Assembly (NCBI RefSeq): GCF_009914755.1
Contig: NC_060936.1
Origin: the human T2T-CHM13v2.0 reference genome, Homo sapiens
Reading direction: 5' to 3' (one strand)
Length of the DNA stretch: 64,000 nt
Shown here piece after piece: positions 30,250 through 44,129 of the stretch. Position 1 is the stretch's first letter. Each line of letters begins with the position of its first letter. A program made the translations under genes and the position numbers. The notes under the pieces are model-generated. The model had not been told where the DNA came from and searched no databases. It saw only the letters and a list, made by a program, of their open reading frames with translations.

Positions 30250-30700
30250 ATTCATACATTCTTTCAAAAATACTTACACCTGTCTTGTGTGAAACTGTTC
30301 GTAGCTTTGGGAATACAGCAGTAAGTGAAGCAGAGCAGGAGAAGAGAGATGGAGTGTGCTGGGGGAGGTACAGTTTTGAATGGGGTGGTCAGGGAAGGCC
30401 TCATGGAGAAGATGCCATTTGAGTGGAGGTTTACAGGAGCTGAGAGGAGTGGCAGTGCTGAGATCTAGGAGAAGAATGTTCCAGGCAGAGGGGACAGCCA
30501 ATGTAAAGTCTCCAATGTAAGAAACAGCACAGAGGACAATGTCGCTGGAGTGGAGTGAGTGGGCCAGGAGTTTGTGTGTGTGTGTGTGTGTGTGTGTATA
30601 CACACAAGTTCTTCTAAGAACTTTGTCTTTCTTTGAGAGACATGAGAAGGCATTAGGGGGTTTTGCACAGATCAGTGGCATGGTCTCACTTAAGAGACAC
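30250..30700 (-). mobile_element. L2 fragment containing (GT)n at ~30573-30596
   Basis: L2 motifs tcagggaaggcctc and gttccaggcagagggg...gctggagtggagtgag. Confidence 0.65.
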
Positions 30701-30927
30701 GATCACTGTAGTATAAGAGCTAATTTCAGTTGTGTTTTTCTTGGGGAGGCCCCAGGAGACCAGACAGGGGGCTGCCCCATCCTTTCCCTATGACTCGTCC
30801 AGCCTCTGTTTCTATTCCCCAAGCTCTGACCTGAGACTTTTACTCCTGGGGAGGAGGGGGCAGGATGGTGCTGGATTTCTTTTCTCTGCCTGGAGTTTCT
30901 TTTGGAGGGAGGGAGATGGGTTTGTTA

Positions 30928-31115
30928 CAGTTGTTTGCTGGAGCCTACTTGTACTGGTTCTTGAGAGCCTATTAGAAAGTAATTAGAACATTTGCCTGCC
31001 AGTAGCTTGAAATTGGCTGTGGTGGGAGTACTTACACCATGGCATTGGCAAGCGCTCTGAATCGGGGCTTTTCCCCTGTAGAGCTGATTGTTGAACGTCT
31101 GCCAGCCCACCACTG
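30928..31115. mobile_element. Non-autonomous hAT DNA transposon (MER63-like)
   Basis: Degenerate TIRs cagttgtttgctgg / ccagcccaccactg; internal ggtgggagtacttacaccatgg. Confidence 0.6.
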
Positions 31116-34100
31116 GATTGTTACCTCTACTCTACCTGTGCTGTGCTTTCAGAGGGGAGGGCCTCTGTTTTCTTTCACTTGGCAGATCACCTGTGTTCAT
31201 GCCGTGTGGTCAGAAAGAGCACAGGGGACACTGGATGAGGGTGATGAAGGTTGGGGTTGGCGGGGCAGTGGTGTGTTTTCCAGGATTGGCAGGGCTTGTC
31301 CTTTGGTGTTGTGATGTGGGGCGTCTCTGCTTTTCCTAGCTGGGTAATCCTAAATGCATGAGTGTCCTCTCAGCCTGCTTCCTTCCTTCCTCTGCCTGCC
31401 TTTGTGCAGGTGGCATGGGTACGTGTATGTCCAGGAGTGGCCAGCTTCGTCCATAAAAGCAGGGCCCAGCACTGGACCCAGGTAAGGCCGCTTGGTGTAA
31501 GGAAAGATCACTGTTTTCACTGTTTTGGAAGTCAGGAGACATAGGTTCCAGTCCCAGCTCTCCTTACTTGCTTAGACGAGTGCTCTCCCCTCTTTGGCCC
31601 TTTGTTCCCTCTTTTACAAACGGAGACAACTTCCCTGCTTATCTTGCAGGGGTGGGTGAGGGCCAGATGTGATCATTAGTGTGAGAGCCCCTCAAAAAAG
31701 CTGCAAGAGTCACCATGAACAGGTCTTGGCTTGCGGTATTCAGGCACGCAGGCCTCTCTCTCCTCTGTCCTCATTCTGTTTGGATGCCATGCAAGCCCAG
31801 CACGTACCCCTTCTCCAAGAAGCCCTTCCTGATGGGCCAGACTCTCCCTGGGCAGGTCCTCGGGGCACTCCCAGGCTGAACCTCCAGTCCTTGCATGTAC
31901 TCAGGGGTACTTCTGTCCCACCCTTTCATTTGATTGCTCTTTGCCCAGATGCAGATGGAGCGTTTGCTCTGTAATGCTAATTCTCCTTGGCAGCATCTGC
32001 AGTGGCAAACCCAGGGTGGCGTACCTATGGGTGCTGGGGAACTCTGCAGGGACTGATTCATCAGCATAGGTGTCTCGCTTTTATCGAGCTCCTATGAAGT
32101 GTGATGGCTGGCTGTGGTGTGTGGGGGTGAAAGGTTCCAAAGACAAGTGCCTCCCACTTGATAAAGTAGTTTCCCAGACACTGCCTCATCTGTCCCTCAT
32201 GGTCACACTTAACCCCATTATACTGATGAGGAAACAGAGGCATGCTCACATTCATTCATTCATTCATTCATTCAAGACATGTGTCCTGCACTCAGGGAGC
32301 TGTCAGTGTCTCCCCGGGTTCCACAGCACTGGGGTGGCCTGCTCTGTGCCCTGCCAGGCTCCTGCGGTACTACTGTGCTTGCTGTGTGTTCATCTCTGCA
32401 GGAAGCAGACAGAGCGGCAGGGGGAATATGCATTCATGGAGGGATGGGGGCTGCACCAGGGTGCTAGTCAGGTACCCGGGCCTGGGTGGCAGAGGAAGGG
32501 AGGGGGCAGCATCAGTGCCCAGGGTGTGTCCCTGCTGTGTCCGGCTGGCCGTGGCTTCGGGCTGGCATTTCCTCTGGCAGCAGTGTGGGGGAGGGGAAGA
32601 GCAGGTGTGCCCTGGCGCCTGGCCTGGCTGGGATGTGGAAGCGCCTCTTGGGGCCGGAGCTTGGGGGATGAGTGACGTGCAGCCACCTGGACACATTGGG
32701 CCTCACGGAGCCCAGCCACATTCTCAGAGCTCCAGGCTGGACATCTGAGCCCCCCGGTGGTTTCTGTAGATGGCTGGATCTGGTGGGTGACTCCAGAGAG
32801 GGCCTCCAGAGAGGACTCATGGTGGTGATCTATCAAGGTGAATACCTCCCAGATAGGCTGAGGGCAGTGTTAGAGGGTGTCCGATACATACACTGAGGTG
32901 AGTATGTGTGGTGAAGGTGGGGGTGAGGCTCGGGGGCTCTGTGCATTGTGGGAGGGACTCAGTTTCTCTTTAGTTTCCTAAGTGTGCACCATGTATGGGG
33001 CTGCGCTGGTTGCCGCAGAGGAGCGCGGGTGAGCTCTCCCCGCTTGGAGCTTCTAGTCTTGTACAAAGGAAAAGCATTTATGCAAATAGCTGTCATGCAA
33101 TGCAGAGTAAAATCAGTGTCCAAAAGAGATGACTAGAACAAGAAGAGTGCCTCTTCATTTTGGGGGATCTTTCTTGGAGGATGTGGCATTTGAGATGAAC
33201 CTTGAAACATCTCCTCAAGGCTGAGCAGGATGGGGGAGGCTTCGGAGGTGGAGGGCAGGTGCATGCAGGCACAGGGGTGGGCTGCACCTTGAGGGGTTGG
33301 TGTTGCTGGAAGCAGAGGGCACAGCTCTGGGATTTGTGGGGAAGAAGGCTGACAGAGTACCATGTAGAAGGGCCCCAGTGACAAGCTTGAGTATTTGTGT
33401 TTAAATCCCTGGGGAAGTTTTTGAGCTGATGGCATGTGCCAAGCTCTGCCTTGGGCCAGTACTAGTGGCAGCATGTGGCAGGGTGACTGCAGAGGGAGAG
33501 GGTGCAGGGAGCCTGGTCAGGAGACTGGCAGACAGGAGGCAGCCCAGTCACGTGTGACTGGGTTACAACAGGAACAGACCTGGGCTGGAGCAACCTAAGA
33601 GCCTTTGAAAGCACCTTTTGGGACTGTAAGAGGCTTGGTAGCCTGGATGGCTGATTCGAGGGTGTGAGTTGTGACTATTTTCACCTCAAGTACCTTGAAA
33701 TGAGAAAAGATGCCTCCAGGTTTCAGACGGGCTGGATGCCTTTAGGAGGCCCCTTCAGTGGGAGGCACCTTGAATGACAGCCCCATAGCAGTGGGCCAGC
33801 CTGATGGGGAGGAGGGAAGAGAGATGGAGTGAGACGACAGCCAGTGCTCCTGCCTTACTTTACAGAGCAGCCGATGGCAGTTCAGAGGCCACAAGTGACT
33901 TAATGCACTGCGGGCCTTCGAGCCATAAGACAGCCATTAGGGATGCCCAAGTCTGTCCCTGCCACCCATCCAGACACCTCTCACTCTATCAGCGAGAGTG
34001 GAACATGCACAGGCTCCCTCCCATGAGGGCTGCAGAGCAGTGTGGAATCTGGGGCGCTGGTTCTTCTCCATCTTCTTCACTTTACAGCACCCCCAAGTGC

Positions 34101-35689
34101 TGCTCACACACTGCCTTCTTCCACATTGGCTCTAGTACCAGCCCCATAGAGGGAGAGTGGGCCGAGGGAGGCAGCAGGCAGCAGCTCCTGAAATCAGCAG
34201 AAGGGTCCCAGCTGCACGGTCAGGCTGGATGTGAGGTTGCAGAGCGCCGTCCCAGCTGGCAAGTCAGCACCCTCCGTGGAGTGGTTTAGGAATATTGGAT
34301 TTGCTGGGTCAGTCCATTTCCACTGGTGCATGGTAATAAGTCACAGGCTTCATCACACTTCCGTGTGCCCGGCGGTCTGCCTTATCTCATCCTCCCCGCA
34401 GCCACCTGCCTTCCTTGATAAGTGCTAATAACAAATGCCTTCTTTCTCCTGTTTTCCAGGAGCAGTGGGCTCAGTGTGTGCATATGTGTATGGGCAGGTA
34501 CATCTGTCTGTCCAGCACAGTGGCTCTTACTCCAGGCCCTTTTGAGGATCTGACAGGGATGCTGATTGGCCTTAGGATGAAAGATGGGCTGCTTTGGAAC
34601 TTTCCTGCAAAACAGGGCCTGAGAGCCCAGAGTGGGTGACTCTTTGTCCAGGCAGACTATCAGCCCCGTTCTTCTAGGGCCCAATCTCTGCTGCCCCCTC
34701 TTACCTGGTAAACCTTCTCTAAGAGGAGATGCCTGTCCTGCAGGAGTGGCCATTCTGACTCTTTTTGTAAAGCTTGCCCTGCTCCAAGCAAAGGCTGATT
34801 TTTCTAAAGAGCTGCTCTCACCTTAAGGTGCACACAAAGGTTCTTCCTGTTGCTACTCATGCATTTAGCAGTGACTTTAGAGCACCAGTGTGCTAGACAA
34901 ATGCCAAGTGCTTAGAAGACAAAGAGGAGGGACACAGTCCTTGCATTCAAGGAGCTCACAATTTGGGAGCGGGGGAAGGTCAGGGAACAGGTGGCATCAT
35001 GGCAGGATTAACTGTGTGTTATTGGTATACCAATGAGGCTTCCTGGAGGAGGTGACAGCACCCTGATGCCAACTGGATTGTGGATGTTAGCCATTCGGGG
35101 TGTGGGGGAAAGGGGGTTTCAGGCGGAGGGAGCATCCAGTGCAAAGGCCAGGGGATGAGGGGGAATTTGATGTGGGTTAATTTGGTGGGAGTGTAGGCCA
35201 AGAAAGGTATAGGAGATGGAGTTGCTGAGAGGAGTGGGATGGGCAAGCACCTGTACAGATTTTAAACTGGCATCCAGGGTCATCTGTGCTCTGGCCCACC
35301 CTCCTTTCAGGCTCCCTTTCTGCAAAGCTTCATTCCAGTGGAGCGTGTGGGTGCCTCCCAAATGTCCTGGGCCCTCTGCTGTGCCCTGGCTCTGCCCAGC
35401 TGCCCCCCTGCCAGGGTGCTCTTCCCCTTCCCCCCTGCCTGTCCAGTGCCATTTCATAGGGTGCGGATTTCAGGGCTCCAAGGAACCTTAGAGAAACAAC
35501 TAGTCCAGCCTGCTGGTTTTGTAGTTGAGGAACCAGAGGTTGAGCAACTAGAGGCCACACAGGTCATCAGTGTCCTCAGGCTTTGTTCCTTAGGTGGCAC
35601 GAGGTGATCAGACACCTGGAAAGCCCCGGAAGCCCTCCCTGCTGGCCCTGCCTGCCCTGTGCCTGCCCTCCCTTGAGCTCCTCTGCATG

Positions 35690-36800
35690 TGTTCATCAGG
35701 TATTGATTGGGCCCCTAATGTAGGTCAGGAATAGTACTGGGTACTGGGTGTAAAGCAGTGAGGGAGACATAGGCAGTCTCTGCCTTTCTGGGGTTCATGG
35801 TCTAGTAGAAGAATCAGACAGTAACATTGCCACCCTAACAAACATGGATTTTCCAATGATGGTGACTGCTATGAGAAAAAAAGGGGCAAATGGTGCTGTG
35901 AGGAGTTGTATTGAAAGAAAGGGGGCTTTAGTTTTGACAGTGGGGGGCAGCCAGAAAACTAGAATAGACCTTCTTCAATAATTCACAAGAGCTCAGGGGT
36001 GAGTAGAGTGAAGCCAGGCAGTGGGCCCAGGAAGAGCATCCAGGCAGAGGGAACAGCATGGGCGGAGGCTCTGAGGAGGTCAGAGCACCGAGAGTTCACG
36101 GCTGTGGCAATAATGGGTGAGCAGAGAATGTTGGACGGGGGCTGGAGAGAAAGGCAGGGATCAGTCATGCCGGCCGTTTAGGGTTGCTCTAAGGATTTGG
36201 ACTGTACTAGAAAAGTAGACTAGGAAACACACAGGCACACACACAATTGTAATCCAAGTAAGATGGGAAGCCACTGATGAGGTTACAGTGGAGAGGCACA
36301 TGAGTGGGAAGATTGCATTGGCTGCTCTTGGTGAATGGGTGGGCGCAGGAGGGAATGGAAGGCTGCAGGGGCTGCCGCAGGACCCCAGGCGAGCCATGAA
36401 GCAGGGCTGGACAAGGGCGGGGACGAGGAGGATGCCAGGTGCAGGGAGGCTCTGCGGCTTGGACTTGTGTTTGCTTCGAGGTGGGAGCAAGTGACAACCG
36501 GGAGCCAAGGATGAGTCTGAGGCTTCTGGCATAAGCAGTGGGGTGAAAACTTAAGCCGTTTGTTGAGAAGGAGCGGATAGTGCCAGGGAGCACATCCGGG
36601 GCAAGGTCAGTCCCTCCTGGAGCTGTCTGGGAGACAGCCAGGGGGATGACAAGCAGGAGTTGGGGACCTGTGCTTGGGGCTCAGGAGACAAGTCAGGTCC
36701 AGGTGTGCATTTAGGGGGTCAACAGCATGCAGATGGCCCTGGAACGGAGGAGATGGTCATATAGAGGAAAGTTGGGCAGAAGAGAAGAGGGCTCAGAGCT
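35690..36800 (-). mobile_element. L2 fragments
   Basis: L2 motifs atccaggcagagggaacagcatg and ggctcaggagacaagtcagg. Confidence 0.6.
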
Positions 36801-38375
36801 GAGGGCCTCCCTGAGGAGGAGGAGGAGGGCAGCCAGCATTTCCCTTAGAATTTCAGCCACACAACATTAGCTATTGATGATGTTTCTTTCTCTGTTCAGC
36901 TACACTGTAGCTAGACAGGAGCTGGTTCCATGTTGACTATAATAAGTATTGTTGGGAATGATAATAGTGCCTCCATCCATTGAACAGCTTCTGTGTTCCC
37001 TCGTAACCTTTATTCCTTATTTTTTTACATAGTGCTGGGGAAGGTGCATATTATTTCCATTTTCTAGCTGAAGAAACTGAGATATGGAGCAATTAAGTGG
37101 TCATTCTAGGCATCCAGCAGTGGGGTAACTCACTCTAGATGGGATTTGGACACAGATTCATCTAGTCCCAAGGCCCAGAGTGTTCCCCCTTTGTTATTTT
37201 ACTAGAGTTTTGTTCTCTGTGGTTGAGTTGGATAGTGGTATGGACAGGGGTCATTGAAGGCATCTGAGCCCAGCTGACCCACAGTAACCAGGGCATGTGG
37301 TGTGAGCCGATTTCGGGGACAGTGGGAGTGAGGTTGGCTTTGTGACAATCCACACCACCTGCCTGGCTCCTCATGGTCCAGAAGCCACATTTTCAGTACT
37401 CCTGGCTGGGGCAGGATTGCTGTAGCTGGTTTATAGCTGTGCCCGTGTTTCCTCGGCGCTAAGCTAACTGATCTTTCCGAAGGCCCCAGTACATGCTCTG
37501 AGCAGTGTGCCCACCTGTCGTGGGTAGACTGTACACACAGCCAAGGGTCTCTGCATGGCCGTGTTTTCTGGTAGCCAGAAGTGGCCTCTGACAAGGGCTG
37601 ACCGTAGCCGGGGGGCAGCTTTGCTCTTGGGCTTTGAGAGGTGACACGCAACACTAGGGAATGTGTAAGGGTTCACCAGAGACTTGGAGCTGGGGCAGCA
37701 GTGCTCCTGGCTGTGCTCCGTGGAGCCCCTTCAAGAGGCCCAGCCCACTCCGATTGGGCAGAGGTCGAGGGGCTGCCTGTCCCTGACTTGCTCCTGTCTC
37801 AGTCTTCTCTTTTTTCTACCTCAGATCTTTCCCACTTCTTCCTCCATACATTTGTTTATCTGTCCTTCTGTCTGTCCATCCATCCATCCATTCCAGGCTG
37901 TGCCACGTGCTGGGGATATGGCTGTGAGTGAGACAGTTGACCGCATGGCATTTGCACTCTTATCTGTAGCTGGGTGTTTCAGCTCGTCAGGTTCAGACGC
38001 CCTTGGATAGCCTGCTTTCCAGGAACAATTCCATAGATTTCTGGCTTGGGCCCCATCCTTTAGTTAATGAACTCAGGGCTATCAGGCTGTCCTTGAGGAG
38101 AGCTCAAGATTTAGGCACGCTGGTCTGCCTTTCGCCTCCGTCCTCCAGCACTTCCTGAGTACCTGCTGTGGGGTGGTCACTGACAGGCACTGAGGGGTGG
38201 GGTAAAATGACCCAGACACAGCCTCTGCTTTCTTATAGAAGCTCAGTGACCGGAGCAGAGGCAGGTGGGCAAACTGTAGTTGGAGTCTGAACAAAGGGCC
38301 AAGAAGGAGGGAGGAGCAGACCTTTCTCCAGAGAGGGAGGTACCCTGGCCACCCTTTGTGTCCCTCTGTCTGTGA

Positions 38376-38704
<329 letters not shown>

Positions 38705-41667
38705 TTTCTTTTCTTTACTAGTCTCAGAAACTTAAAAAAACAAACAGATTAAAAACAAGTAACAGTACCATTCCTTCTTTTCTACCCCAACCCTTTCACC
38801 ATCGATGTTACCGTCCTTCCTGAATCACGGCCAAGTATGGTAACACCCAATCTCCTAGCCCCTGCCCTGTAGCCTCCCCCCACCATGTGGGCCCCCTGCT
38901 AGGGATCTCTCCATTGTTCTCTTTTGGCACGGTTGCTAAATGGTTTGCTCGGCAACGAAAGCATTTTCTGTACTGTACAGTGGAAGAAGATCCCAAATTT
39001 GGAGTTTAAAAATTGGGGGGAGGTGAGTAGCTCTCCCTTCTAAAATGGTGCCCGTCTCACAGGCTCTTTTGGGTGGCAGTCAGCGCTTTGTGTCTAACCT
39101 GAACCCTGGCTTTGTGGGAGGCTGCCTTGTTTGAGGCTTAAAGGCACAGGGTGCCTCACAAGCTGTACCTTGTGTCAAATGTGGGAATATTCAGCATGGG
39201 TCAGAAAGGGGCTGTGGGCTGGCCCATTGGTTCTGATTGTGTGTGGGTGAGGGAGAGACCAAAGACTGAGCCCTGTCTCATGCTGCCAGCCTGAGGAATT
39301 CACAGAGAGGCAGAGAGAGCTTGGCATTTACTCCAAAGCCCACATCTCCCCAGTTGCCAACCAGCAGAGATGTGGCATGTTGATTTCATTTATTCACTTT
39401 TCTTCTTCCCCTCTGAGAATGCTGTACTTACTTCACTTTTTTTGTTAAAAAAAAAATAAAAGAAAAGTGAAGTCAGGCTGCCTTGTTCACATGCTCAGAG
39501 AGCCCCCTGAAGGGCAGCCTGCACCTGCCAGCTTGCCTGGGTGGCAAGCTGAGAATGATCGGGAGCTGCCAGAGGGATGATGTCTCACAGCACCATTTCT
39601 ATCTGATTGTTCCATCTGTACCCCCAATCTAAGGAACTGAGGCAGCCACAGCCACTGGTCTTTTCATCTCTTGCCTCTCCTCCACCCCGATGCCAGTGCC
39701 AGGCCCAGCTTCCTAGGGCACCAGTTAATCATGGGCCCCACTGCTTGGGACCCTGCAGGATGCAGCCCAGGCTTTTCATATGCCATGCAAGGCTTCACAG
39801 GGTAGCTCACTTTGACCTCTAAGCACCTTCTCTTGCTTCAGTCAGGCCTGTCCCCTCCCTGCCTCCCGAAGGTACCACACTCACGCCTTTCTAGGGTGGC
39901 CACCCACTTCAGAGAGCCCTTCTGCAAGGGACAGCTCGGTGCCCATCCTGCCACGGTCTGTGCTCTGTGCATCAGTCTGCTTTGGGCTTCTCTAGCTGCA
40001 GTCGTGAGTGGGGGTAGAAGGTGGGTCGCTTCAGCTAGATCTGAGCTCCTTGAGGCCCACGCCTTGTCTTACTCAGCTCAGCTTTGTGTCTTCCGTGGGT
40101 CCTTGTTCCGCGTCCTCTTATCTTGAACAAACCAGCACCAATGGATGGTGTGCTCATGGTGAGAGAGGGAGGAGGAGGGACGTGTTCCTAGAGCTGCCTT
40201 CCTGAGGCTGCTCTACCACCTTCCCCCTAAGATAGGACTAGATTACGCTGCGTCTCCCCACACCAGCTTCCTTCTTCCAGCCTGTGTCAGGTAACTCAAG
40301 GCCATCTGGGTGATGACTCGCCTTTCTTATTAGCAGTCCAGGAGCACTGCCCCTTACTCAGGGTCCTTTCATCTAATGACATCACATCAGGACATGATAT
40401 TTCAGGTTCCCCGTTGTGCTTTAAGAGTCTGTTAGCCTGGAAGATTCTTAAGGGCAGAAACTTGTAGAGTCTAAGAGAGTGTGGTGCATGGGCTGTGAAA
40501 TCAGTTTTCTTTTCTGTAAAATGGGGATAATAGGGTGTACCTATCTTGTAGGGTTGTTATGAAGATTGAGTGAGTTACTTTGTGGGAAGCTGGGTCCCTG
40601 GGGTAAATAAAGACTTATACGTTAAAGTTGCTTTTATGATTCTGATGACTAAGCTGAGTGCCCTGATGGGACTTCACTGCAGCTTTGCTCAGGGACTGAC
40701 AGGTGTGACTTCAGTGCCCTTTGACAAGTGTGACCAGAGGAGGCAGAACTGTTGCATTGCAGCCTCCACTTCCTCTCCTACCTGCCTGTTGTTTCCCCTA
40801 CCTGCTGGGGACCATCCCAACCCCAAGGCCCTCAGACTTCTGAGGAAATGGTTAGTGGCACAAATTCATTTATAATCAGAAATGAAGATGGAAAGATCCA
40901 GGGACAATGAGGCAACTATTCTGCCTGGACAAAGTGTGAGCTGGGCAGAAGAGATGAAAAAGGGTTAGGAAGTGGAGGGGGCCACCCTGCGAGGGCCCTC
41001 CGTGACACCAGGCCCCCATCTGAGACTGGTAGGATCAGCCCCTCCAATTTGTTCAGTCTCATGTCCTCAGACTCTCCTCACATCCACCAACTGACTTTAT
41101 GCTTGTAACACCTCTAGGGGGTAGGCTCTTTTAATCCCCATGTTAAAGAAGAGGAAACGGGAGCTCAGAAAAGCAAACTGCCTTGCCCTTGATCACACAG
41201 CTAAAAAGAGCTCAAAGTGAAAAACAGGTCTCTTGACTCTTGGTCCAGCTGGTAAATGATCTATCCCTGCATCAAAGAAGTAATGTTGTGAGAATGAAGC
41301 GGCAGCTGTGGGCCCCTCAGGAGCGGCCAGGTGAGGCTGCAGAGGACAAAAGGCATTAGCCATGCCAGTCAGGCAGCCCTGATGCTACATCAGGAGGCGA
41401 CTAGACATCTGCCCCTTCATCTCCAGACAGCATCGGTGGGACTGCTGTGCCGAACCCAGAGAGAGTAGCTGCTGGTGGCTGTAATACACACTAGGTTTTA
41501 TTCTTGGGCTCCCCATCTGAGTTGGGAAGGGGCTCAGGATGGTAAAACCACTGCAGTTTCCTTTAAAGTAGGGGAGCTGCACTCAGAATGGGAGAGCTCC
41601 ACTCAGAATGGGAGAGCTCTCACCTCTAGGAGGCGGGCCTGCCAGGGAGCCAGTGAGGCTGCAGGTT

Positions 41668-43396
41668 CACCAGCACAAGTCACCACCAGCACAGGTCACC
41701 ACCAGCACAGGTCACACCAGCACAGGTCACCACCAGCACAGGTCACCACCAGCACAGGCCACCACCAGCACAGGTCACCAGCACAGGCCACCACCAGCAC
41801 AGGTCACCATCAGCACAGGCCACCACCAGCACAGGTCACCACCAGCACAGGCCACCACCAGCACAGGCCACCACCAGCACAGGTCACCACCAGCACAGGT
41901 CACACCAGCACAGGTCACCACCAGCACAGGTCACCACCAGCACAGGCCACCACCAGCACAGGTCACCAGCACAGGCCACCACCAGCACAGGTCACCATCA
42001 GCACAGGCCACCACCAGCACAGGTCACCACCAGCACAGGCCACCACCAGCACAGGTCACCAGCACAGGCCACCACCAGCACAGGTCACCACCAGCACAGC
42101 TCACCACCAGCACAGGCCACCACCAGCACAGGCCACCACCAGCACAGGTCACCACCAGCACAGGCCACCACCAGCACAGCTCACCACCAGCACAGGCCAC
42201 CACCAGCACAGGTCACCACCAGCACAGGTCACCATCAGCACAGGTCACCACCAGCACAGCTCACCACCAGCACAGGCCACCACCAGCACAGCTCACCACC
42301 AGCACAGGCCACCACCAGCACCATCAGCACAGGCCACCACCAGCACAGCTCACCGTACCAGCACAGGCCACCACCAGCACAGGCCACCACCAGCACAGGC
42401 CACCACCAGCACAGGTCACACCAGCACAGCTCACCACCAGCACAGGTCACACCAGCACAGGCCACCACCAGCACAGGCCACCACCAGCACAGGTCACCAG
42501 CACAGGCCACCACCAGCACAGGTCACACCAGCACAGGCCACCACCAGCACAGGCCACCACCAGCACAGGTCACCACCAGCACAGGCCACCACCAGCACAG
42601 GTCACACCAGCACAGGTCACCACCAGCACAGGCCACCACCAGCACAGCTCACCACCAGCACAGCTCACCACCAGCACAGGCCACCACCAGCACAGGCCAC
42701 CACCAGCACAGGTCACCACCAGCACAGGCCACCACCAGCACAGGTCACCACCAGCACAGGCCACCACCAGCACCATCAGCACAGGCCACCACCAGCACAG
42801 CTCACCACCAGCACAGGCCACCACCAGCACAGGCCACCACCAGCACAGGTCACACCAGCACAGGTCACACCAGCACAGCTCACCACCAGCACAGGTCACA
42901 CCAGCACAGGCCACCACCAGCACAGGCCACCACCAGCACAGGTCACCAGCACAGGCCACCACCAGCACAGGTCACACCAGCACAGGCCACCACCAGCACA
43001 GGCCACCACCAGCACAGGTCACCACCAGCACAGGCCACCACCAGCACAGGTCACACCAGCACAGGTCACCACCAGCACAGGCCACCACCAGCACAGCTCA
43101 CCACCAGCACAGCTCACCACCAGCACAGGCCACCACCAGCACAGGCCACCACCAGCACAGGTCACCACCAGCACAGGCCACCACCAGCACAGGTCACCAC
43201 CAGCACAGGCCACCACCAGCACCATCAGCACAGGCCACCACCAGCACAGCTCACCACCAGCACAGGCCACCACCAGCACAGGTCACACCAGCACAGGTCA
43301 CCACCAGCACAGGTCACACCAGCACAGGTCACCACCAGCACAGGTCACCACCAGCACAGGCCACCACCAGCACAGGTCACCACCAGCACAGGTCAC
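41668..43396. repeat. Minisatellite/VNTR, 16-bp unit CAGCACAGG(T/C)CACCAC with 9-, 13- and 15-bp variant units, about 110 copies (estimated from length)
   Basis: Directly visible tandem array; the translation repeats every 16 aa (= 3 units). Confidence 0.97.
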
Positions 43397-44129
43397 TACC
43401 ACAGCTCTGTGATGAGGGTCTGGAAGTCCCTCTGGCTGGAATTCATGTCCCCCTCCCACCATGGCCATGCCTGTTGTGGTAGCTCTGTGTCTGCCCATTT
43501 GTGCTGCCTTGGTGATTAATGCCCTCCTGTCTTCCTAACTGGATTGTGGCTCCCTGAAGGGCAGGGAGCCCCACTTCTCATATCTGTTTCTTCGAGGGCC
43601 TGGCCCAGGGTTTAGCACACAGTTCTAGGTGTGACATGAATACCTGCTGGGATCCAGGGAGGACTTTTCACACCCACCGCCCCAGGTAGGACATGAATTC
43701 TTCCATCCAGCCATCCCTATTGAGCACCTCCCAGAGGCCAAGCCCTGTGGTAGGGGATGGGGTTACAGAACCTGGTAAAATGTGGCTCTTGCCCTCGGGT
43801 GCTCTCAGTACTCTCTTCCTGAGCGACTGGAAGGGTAGCAGAAAAGAGAGGTGGGCTCCCCACCCGCAAGTCTTCTAATCCTCATCATTTGCAAAGTGTG
43901 GTGTCCCGGTCGGCAATGCAGACTTCTGCACTAGCCCAAGGGAGGCTGCCCAGTTGCAGTGCTTTACGGTAGGATGTTCCCAAGCCCCGAGCAAAAGCTC
44001 GTTTCTCTGACCTCACGGGAGAGCACCCAGACAGTGGCCAAGGGCACCCCTACATCACTCTTGGCACAGGCGGGGTGAGGAAAGGCAAGGTAGGACCCCG
44101 CTTCGTCCACCTGTCCCTGTCAGCCTGCC

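Noticed and set aside
32070-32836. Cluster of 100-200-aa ORFs
   Set aside because: GC-rich intron with MIR/L2 remnants; no splice structure or homology evident.
41475-43498. 645-aa and 624-aa repeat ORFs and minus-strand Trp/Cys-rich ORFs as genuine genes, or the array as CRISPR
   Set aside because: They are translations of a minisatellite with no unique spacers or cas genes, in eukaryotic DNA; kept only as a low-confidence finding.
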